DNA of 34,644 nucleotides from Actinomycetota bacterium. GTDB taxonomy: Bacteria > Actinomycetota > Actinomycetes > Actinomycetales > Microbacteriaceae. Positions 29,470-34,644 of the stretch are shown in pieces. The notes beneath the pieces were generated by a model. It worked only from the letters and a program-made list of their open reading frames with translations. It made no database searches and had not been told where the DNA came from. Each line of letters opens with the position of its first letter. Position 1 is the stretch's first letter. Where the stretch lies: NCBI GenBank assembly GCA_009927245.1, contig RFNI01000218.1:1-34644 (forward strand). Reading direction: 5' to 3'. The translations under genes were made by a program, and so were the position numbers.

Positions 29470-30861
29470 CTATTTTGTGCTTATTAGTTCTACCAGTGCA
29501 GCGGCAAGCCCTGTATAGGTTCCAGGCTTTAGAAGCGCCAATCTTTCTTTAGCTTCGTCGCTGATGTCCAATCCATTGACGAAAGAAATCAGGTCCTCAT
29601 TACCGATTCTCTTACCTCGAGTAAGGTCTTTGAGTAGTTGGTACGGATCACTTATGTTACTTCTCCCCGCTGCTACCTCAGCGCGAATCACTGTCTGGAT
29701 GGCTTCGGCTAGAACTTCCCAATTCTCTGATAGGTCAGCTTCTAAAACTGGGTAGGACAGCTCGATCTCCGAAAGGCCACGAGTGGCATTATCTAGAGCA
29801 AGCATTGAGTGTCCCAAACCCAAACCAATATTTCTTTGGGAACTTGAGTCAGTTAGGTCTCGTTGCAATCTAGAGGTCACAAGGGTTGAGCTCAATGAAT
29901 CCAAGATAGCGTTTGATAGCTCTAGGTTAGATTCTGCGTTCTCAAAACGTATCGGGTTCACTTTGTGAGGCATGGTTGATGAACCGGTGGCACCAACAAC
30001 AGGAATCTGCTTGAAGTAGTTCATCGAGATGTATGTCCAGATGTCAGTGCATAGATTGTGAAGAATTCTGTTGAACAAAGTAATTGCTGAATAGAGTTCC
30101 GCTTGCCAGTCGTGAGATTCAATCTGTGTAGTTAGTGGATTGAACTTTAAACCAAGACTTTCAACAAATGTTTGTGACTCTTTAGCCCAATCCACACTTG
30201 GTGCAGCAACTAGGTGAGCTGACCAGGTTCCGGTTGCACCTGAGAATTTACCAAGGTATTCGCTGTTTCTAACTCGAGTGAGTTGACGCTCTAGTCGGTG
30301 AACAAAAACTGCCAACTCTTTACCCATAGTCGTTGGGGTTGCTGGTTGTCCATGAGTTCTAGCGAGCATCGCTGCATCTTTGTATTCAATGGCGAGTGCT
30401 CTAAGTTTTTCAACCAGCGCTTCTGCTTTTGGTAACCAAACGTTTGTCACTGCATCTCTAATAGTGATTGCGTAGGAGAGGTTATTAATATCTTCAGAGG
30501 TGCAGGCAAAGTGGGTAAGTTCTAGCAGGTCTGTGCGCAGCAATCGAGTAAGTCTTTCACGAATGAAATACTCAACAGCTTTCACATCGTGTCTAGTTGT
30601 TGCCTCGGTTGCCGCTAGTTCTGCGATGTCATCAGTATTGAAGTTCACAACTATGTCTCTGAGTTGTTTAGTTAGAACACTGTCTATCTCCGCGCCGGTT
30701 TGAAGAAGATCTCTTTTAGCGAGGAAAATAACCCACTCGATCTCAACCAGCACTCTAGCTTTATTTAGCCCAGCTTCACTGAGGTGATCGCCCAGTTCGG
30801 CGACTACAGGTTGGTAACGACCGTCAAGGGGGCTAAGAGGTTGATTTCCAAGATTACTCAC
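29470..30861 (-). CDS. purB: Adenylosuccinate lyase (likely start GTG 30861)
   Basis: PLSPLDGRY, TRHDVKAVEY, HFACTSEDINN, RTHGQPATPTT, signature GSSTMPHKVNP. Confidence 0.95.
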   Translation of the reverse strand: MSNLGNQPLSPLDGRYQPVVAELGDHLSEAGLNKARVLVEIEWVIFLAKRDLLQTGAEIDSVLTKQLRDIVVNFNTDDIAELAATEATTRHDVKAVEYFIRERLTRLLRTDLLELTHFACTSEDINNLSYAITIRDAVTNVWLPKAEALVEKLRALAIEYKDAAMLARTHGQPATPTTMGKELAVFVHRLERQLTRVRNSEYLGKFSGATGTWSAHLVAAPSVDWAKESQTFVESLGLKFNPLTTQIESHDWQAELYSAITLFNRILHNLCTDIWTYISMNYFKQIPVVGATGSSTMPHKVNPIRFENAESNLELSNAILDSLSSTLVTSRLQRDLTDSSSQRNIGLGLGHSMLALDNATRGLSEIELSYPVLEADLSENWEVLAEAIQTVIRAEVAAGRSNISDPYQLLKDLTRGKRIGNEDLISFVNGLDISDEAKERLALLKPGTYTGLAAALVELISTK

Positions 30862-30940
30862 ATATCTATATTGCCCTGCTTTTTGCACAGAATCGAACAC
30901 AACTGAACTCCGAGTCACTGAGTTGAGCAAATCTTTCCTC

Positions 30941-31117
30941 ATGAACATTTTCAATAACCACTTAGCGATTACCGTTGCACTACTTCAACATGCACAGCCA
31001 AGCCCTGCACTTTGGCGAGGACCTGCTGCAGATACCTGCCGACAAGAAATGCAAAAACTCTCACACCAACTCAAGTCATTGATGTGGCAGATGCAGTTGT
31101 TGGGATTGATCCCATGA
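30941..31117 (+). CDS. Small hypothetical helical protein with central WRG (WXG100-like) motif
   Basis: 58 aa from ATG 30941; LWRGPAADTCRQEMQKL; its stop overlaps the next ATG (ATGA 31114-31117). Confidence 0.55.
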   Translation: MNIFNNHLAITVALLQHAQPSPALWRGPAADTCRQEMQKLSHQLKSLMWQMQLLGLIP

Positions 31118-31845
31118 GCTCATCATTCGTCAAGCCAGTTCCAATCACGCCGGTTCCAGTGAACTTCGTGGCAACCCACGAAGAGTTGATTCGAAGTGCA
31201 AGAGATATGTGGGCGGTGGCAGTAAGTCTGCTAACTGAGTTAACGCCTACAAAATTTGCGACCGCACCTTGGGCAGCAGCACTTTTCACCATAGAACTCC
31301 CCTTCATAATGGCCAAACTCTGGCACTTACAGCAGGGGCTGATCACCTCAGCTCACAGTTATCTAGAGAGTGAAGCCATGCTGATAACCATTCTCGAGAC
31401 CATTGACGTCCCGAAGCTCTTCCAAGAGCTCAGTTCCTGGGCAATTGAGCTTGGCCCCCTACAGAATCTGCCCTTTGGGATTAGCCAGCACGTTCCCCCG
31501 GTCCAGATGCTCGCTCCAGAGAGCGTAGACATAGTGAAGAACCGCTTCACGGAGACCACCTGGTCTGGTCAGCCTCTAATTAGGCACGAGGAATACCCAC
31601 TAGCCACAGGCAATAGCTCGCACTGGTTCTACTTACCAAAAACTGAGGGCTGGGGAGTCTTTGATTCTGGGGAAAAACCTGCCCAATTAGCCGAATTACA
31701 AGAATCTCTGCAGATCACACCAGATACTGACGTTCACTATGTCGGGCTAAAAGACGGCGTTTTAGCTATGCCTCGCCAGGAAACTCTTGATCAGATCAGA
31801 AATGTTGAGGGTACGGTCAGCGTCTACAAGCTTGGGGCGGTTTAG
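31114..31845 (+). CDS. Hypothetical protein (243 aa from ATG 31114): helical N-terminus plus possible degenerate alpha/beta-hydrolase-like remnant
   Basis: Long ORF filling the gap, coupled to the upstream ORF, with its stop overlapping the stop of the convergent gene. The domain interpretation is inference. Confidence 0.6.
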   Translation: MSSSFVKPVPITPVPVNFVATHEELIRSARDMWAVAVSLLTELTPTKFATAPWAAALFTIELPFIMAKLWHLQQGLITSAHSYLESEAMLITILETIDVPKLFQELSSWAIELGPLQNLPFGISQHVPPVQMLAPESVDIVKNRFTETTWSGQPLIRHEEYPLATGNSSHWFYLPKTEGWGVFDSGEKPAQLAELQESLQITPDTDVHYVGLKDGVLAMPRQETLDQIRNVEGTVSVYKLGAV

Positions 31846-32267
31846 AGGATCTTCATGGCTTTGAATAAGCCACGACCAATAAAGGAGCAGAGACTCATGA
31901 CCAAAGCAGCCAAGATTGCCCAGCCTAGAGAGGCAATAGCTAGTCCTTCGGAGTTGAAACCATCGATAGCAAAGGTGTCTGGGCTGAATTGTTGGCTAAT
32001 CCAAGCCACTAGAAGCAGGAGAGCCCCATTGATTACGAAGGAAATCAGACCAAAAGTGATGATGTATAGGGGAATGGCAATGATTTTGATCACTGGGGCA
32101 ATAACCGCGTTAATCAGACCAAAGATGGCTCCGATAGCCAGAAGGGTTAGGACTACGTTGAGTGAATCTGTTCCACCGTAAGGGCGAAGGTGCACTCCAG
32201 GGATGATTGCCGAGACCAGCCAAAGACCCAGAGCATTAAGAACAGTGCTAACTAGAAATCGCTTCAT
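31842..32267 (-). CDS. Phage-holin-family (YvlD/DUF360-like) 4-TM membrane protein
   Basis: NALGLWL, AIFGLINAVIAPVIKIIAIPLYIITFGLISFVINGALL; no phage genes nearby. Confidence 0.85.
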   Translation of the reverse strand: MKRFLVSTVLNALGLWLVSAIIPGVHLRPYGGTDSLNVVLTLLAIGAIFGLINAVIAPVIKIIAIPLYIITFGLISFVINGALLLLVAWISQQFSPDTFAIDGFNSEGLAIASLGWAILAALVMSLCSFIGRGLFKAMKIL

Positions 32268-32304
32268 GGTTCGATTGTGCCACGGGTCAAGTAAATTGGT
32301 ACTT

Positions 32305-33465
32305 GTGACTGCCCAAAATCCAGAAATTCCTATGGTGCAGCTGTTATCCGTAGATGGCGATTTCAGCGTTCCTAAAGAGCACGCTGTCTATGGCGAACTT
32401 ATTAGAGATTTACGTGAAGCTGACTTCCTAAAGTTCTACCGAGACATGGCTCGTATTCGTCGTTTCGACAATGAGGCAACAGCGCTTCAGCGCCAGGGTC
32501 AGATGGGCCTCTGGGTTCCAGCTATCGGTCAAGAGGCTGCGCAGATTGGTTCCGGTTACGGCGTTGGCCCTAACGATCACATCTTCCCTTCCTATCGTGA
32601 GCACGGTGTTGCGATTACTCACGGAGTTGACCTGATGTCAATTGTGAAGATGTATAGAGGTGTGAACCACGGTGGATGGAATCCACACGAAACTAGATTC
32701 CATTTATACGCAATTGTTTTGGGAACCCAAGCACTTCATGCAACAGGCTACGCAATGGGTTTGAATTTTGAAGGAAGAGTTGGCACTGGAGATCCAGAAA
32801 ACGATCTTGCTGTGATTGCATACTTCGGTGATGGTGCAACTGCAGAAGGTGACATTAGTGAGGCGTTGTTGTTTGCAGCAACAACGAAAGCCCCGCAGGT
32901 GTTCTTCTGTCAAAACAATCAGTGGGCTATTTCATCTCCAGTTGGAACTCAAACAACAGTTCCTATTTATAAGCGTGGTGAAGGTTTTGGTGTTCCAGGT
33001 ATTCGTGTTGATGGCAATGATGTTCTTGCTTGTTACGCAGTTACCAAGAAGCACATGGATGATGCCAGAGGCGGATTAGGTCCAGCTTTGATTGAAGCTC
33101 TGACTTATCGCATTGGTGCACATACCACCAGCGACGATCCATCCAAGTATCGTGATGCAGCGGAAGTTGCATACTGGGAAGCTAGAGACCCAATTGTTCG
33201 TTTCGAGAAGTTCTTGAGAAAGCAAGGCATCGGCCAAGACTTCTTTGATGAAGTTGCAATTGCAGGAGATGTAATTGCCTCGGAAGTTCGAGAAGCAACT
33301 TTTGCTCTAACAGAACCACCACTGGAGAACATGTTTGATCATGTCTATTCAGAACCTCACCCACTAGTTGAAGAACAAAAGGCTTGGTTGCAGAAGTATG
33401 AGTCAGAACTTGGTGGACACACACCGACAACTGACGATGGGGTTAATTACGGGGGAACTCGCTAA
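32305..33465 (+). CDS. pdhA: Pyruvate / branched-chain 2-oxoacid dehydrogenase E1 alpha (likely start GTG 32305)
   Basis: LQRQG, GQEAAQ, PSYRE, TPP motif FGDGATAEGD...QNNQWAIS, VDGND, YRIGAHTTSDDP. Substrate (pyruvate versus branched-chain) not resolved. Confidence 0.9.
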   Translation: MTAQNPEIPMVQLLSVDGDFSVPKEHAVYGELIRDLREADFLKFYRDMARIRRFDNEATALQRQGQMGLWVPAIGQEAAQIGSGYGVGPNDHIFPSYREHGVAITHGVDLMSIVKMYRGVNHGGWNPHETRFHLYAIVLGTQALHATGYAMGLNFEGRVGTGDPENDLAVIAYFGDGATAEGDISEALLFAATTKAPQVFFCQNNQWAISSPVGTQTTVPIYKRGEGFGVPGIRVDGNDVLACYAVTKKHMDDARGGLGPALIEALTYRIGAHTTSDDPSKYRDAAEVAYWEARDPIVRFEKFLRKQGIGQDFFDEVAIAGDVIASEVREATFALTEPPLENMFDHVYSEPHPLVEEQKAWLQKYESELGGHTPTTDDGVNYGGTR

Positions 33466-34448
33466 TGAGTAACTCCGTTGAACTATCAATTGCAAAGGCA
33501 ATCAACGCAGGTCTTGCTAAGTCAATGCGTGATAACGAAAAGGTTTTAGTTTTTGGTGAAGATGTTGCTCGTCTCGGTGGAGTGTTCCGCGTCACTGAAG
33601 GTTTGCTAGATGAGTTTGGTGAAAAGAGAATATTCAATTCACCAATCGCTGAATCAGGAATCGTTGGAACTGCTATTGGCTTAGCAATGCGCGGCTTCAG
33701 GCCAGTTGCTGAAATTCAGTTTGATGGATTTATCTACCCAGCTTTTAATCAGATTGTTTCTCAGCTTGCAAAACTAACTAACCGAAGCGAAGGCTTCATG
33801 CAGATGCCAGTTGTTATTCGTGTTCCTTACGGGGGCGGCATTGGAGCTGTTGAACACCACAGCGAAAGCCCAGAAGCATACTTCGCGCACACCGCAGGTC
33901 TTCGCGTGGTTAGCCCTAGCAATCCAAACGATGCTTACTGGATGATTCAGCAGGCTATTGAATCTAGAGACCCTGTTCTGTTCTTTGAACCTAAGCGTCG
34001 TTACTGGCAGAAGGGCCAGGTCAATCTTGATGAAGCCCCTCAGCCGCTGCACTCAGCAACCACTCTGCGCAGCGGTAATGATGTCACTTTGGTTACCTAT
34101 GGCCCAATGGTTGTCACTGCCCTTCAGGCAGCAGAGGTTGCAGCAACTGAAGGAATCAACCTAGAGGTAATCGACATTCGTTCTATCTCTCCGATTGATT
34201 TCAACCACATTGTTGAATCAGTCAAACGAACCGGGAGATTGATCGTTGCTCACGAAGCAGGAACTTTTGTGAGCGTCTCATCTGAGATCGCAGCCAAGAT
34301 TGCAGAACTCTGTTTCTACTTCCTAGAAGCACCTGTGCTTCGTGTTGGTGGTTTTGATGTTCCTTACCCTGCAGCAAAACTTGAAGAACTTTATCTACCA
34401 GACGCAGACCGCATCATGGAAGCGGTCGATCGAGTGTTGGCTTACTAA
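33465..34448 (+). CDS. pdhB: 2-oxoacid dehydrogenase E1 beta
   Basis: FGEDV..GGVFRVT, PIAESGI, EIQFDGF, EHHSESPE, FFEPKR. Confidence 0.92.
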   Translation: MSNSVELSIAKAINAGLAKSMRDNEKVLVFGEDVARLGGVFRVTEGLLDEFGEKRIFNSPIAESGIVGTAIGLAMRGFRPVAEIQFDGFIYPAFNQIVSQLAKLTNRSEGFMQMPVVIRVPYGGGIGAVEHHSESPEAYFAHTAGLRVVSPSNPNDAYWMIQQAIESRDPVLFFEPKRRYWQKGQVNLDEAPQPLHSATTLRSGNDVTLVTYGPMVVTALQAAEVAATEGINLEVIDIRSISPIDFNHIVESVKRTGRLIVAHEAGTFVSVSSEIAAKIAELCFYFLEAPVLRVGGFDVPYPAAKLEELYLPDADRIMEAVDRVLAY

Positions 34449-34460
34449 GGCGGAATGAAT

Positions 34461-34644
34461 ATGTCACAACTTGCATACTTTGATTTGCCTGACGTCGGTG
34501 AAGGCTAACCGAGGCTGAGATTGTTACCTGGAAAGTTAAAGTCGGTGACACTGTTTCTGTTAACCAGATCATCGTTGAAATTGAAACTGCTAAATCTCTA
34601 GTTGAACTACCTTGCCCATTTGCCGGAACTGTTACACAACTTCT
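34461..34644 (+). CDS. pdhC: Dihydrolipoamide acyltransferase E2, N-terminal lipoyl domain (partial; 1-nt deletion at ~34505)
   Basis: Hand translation [15 protein letters not shown][L][42 protein letters not shown] with lipoyl-Lys motif ETAK. GGC TAA CC should read GGC CTA ACC. Confidence 0.88.

Noticed and set aside
30862-30954. Long N-terminal extension of PurB, and a lone TTTTGCACA at 30881 as a DnaA site
   Set aside because: The extension would overlap the divergent ORF and precedes the conserved LSPLDGRY start region. A single relaxed-consensus 9-mer is expected by chance.
31842-32267. Holin-like gene as evidence of a prophage
   Set aside because: No endolysin, integrase or structural genes are nearby, and this family is commonly chromosomal in Actinobacteria.

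Overview
This window is the chromosomal replication-origin region of a compact actinobacterium with visibly low GC for the phylum. Gene order and protein sequences suggest a streamlined freshwater Microbacteriaceae (Luna-type); that is an inference. Contents in window order: tRNA-Ala/tRNA-Ile, DUF3566, gyrA-gyrB-DUF721-recF-gnd-dnaN-[oriC]-dnaA (minus strand); rpmH-rnpA-yidD-yidC-jag-rsmG-parA-parB with two parS sites (plus); an aminotransferase, trxAB, murJ, a small DUF6049-like protein and a NUDIX hydrolase (minus); cca, rpsF-ssb-rpsR-rplI, dnaB and two membrane proteins (plus); a 709-aa Cys-rich LPETG surface protein and purB (minus); a WxG-motif two-gene pair; a holin-like gene; and a 2-oxoacid dehydrogenase E1a/E1b/E2 operon running off the end. 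I see no mobile elements, CRISPR arrays or rRNA. Seven small indels break conserved genes (gyrA x3, gnd, parA, a membrane protein, E2) and look like assembly errors. The most notable observations are two helically phased DnaA-box arrays outside oriC (after parB and before dnaB), a sliding clamp with a remodelled partner-binding pocket, the repeat-bearing surface protein, and the WxG pair. The sequence alone does not establish a clearly new multi-gene system.
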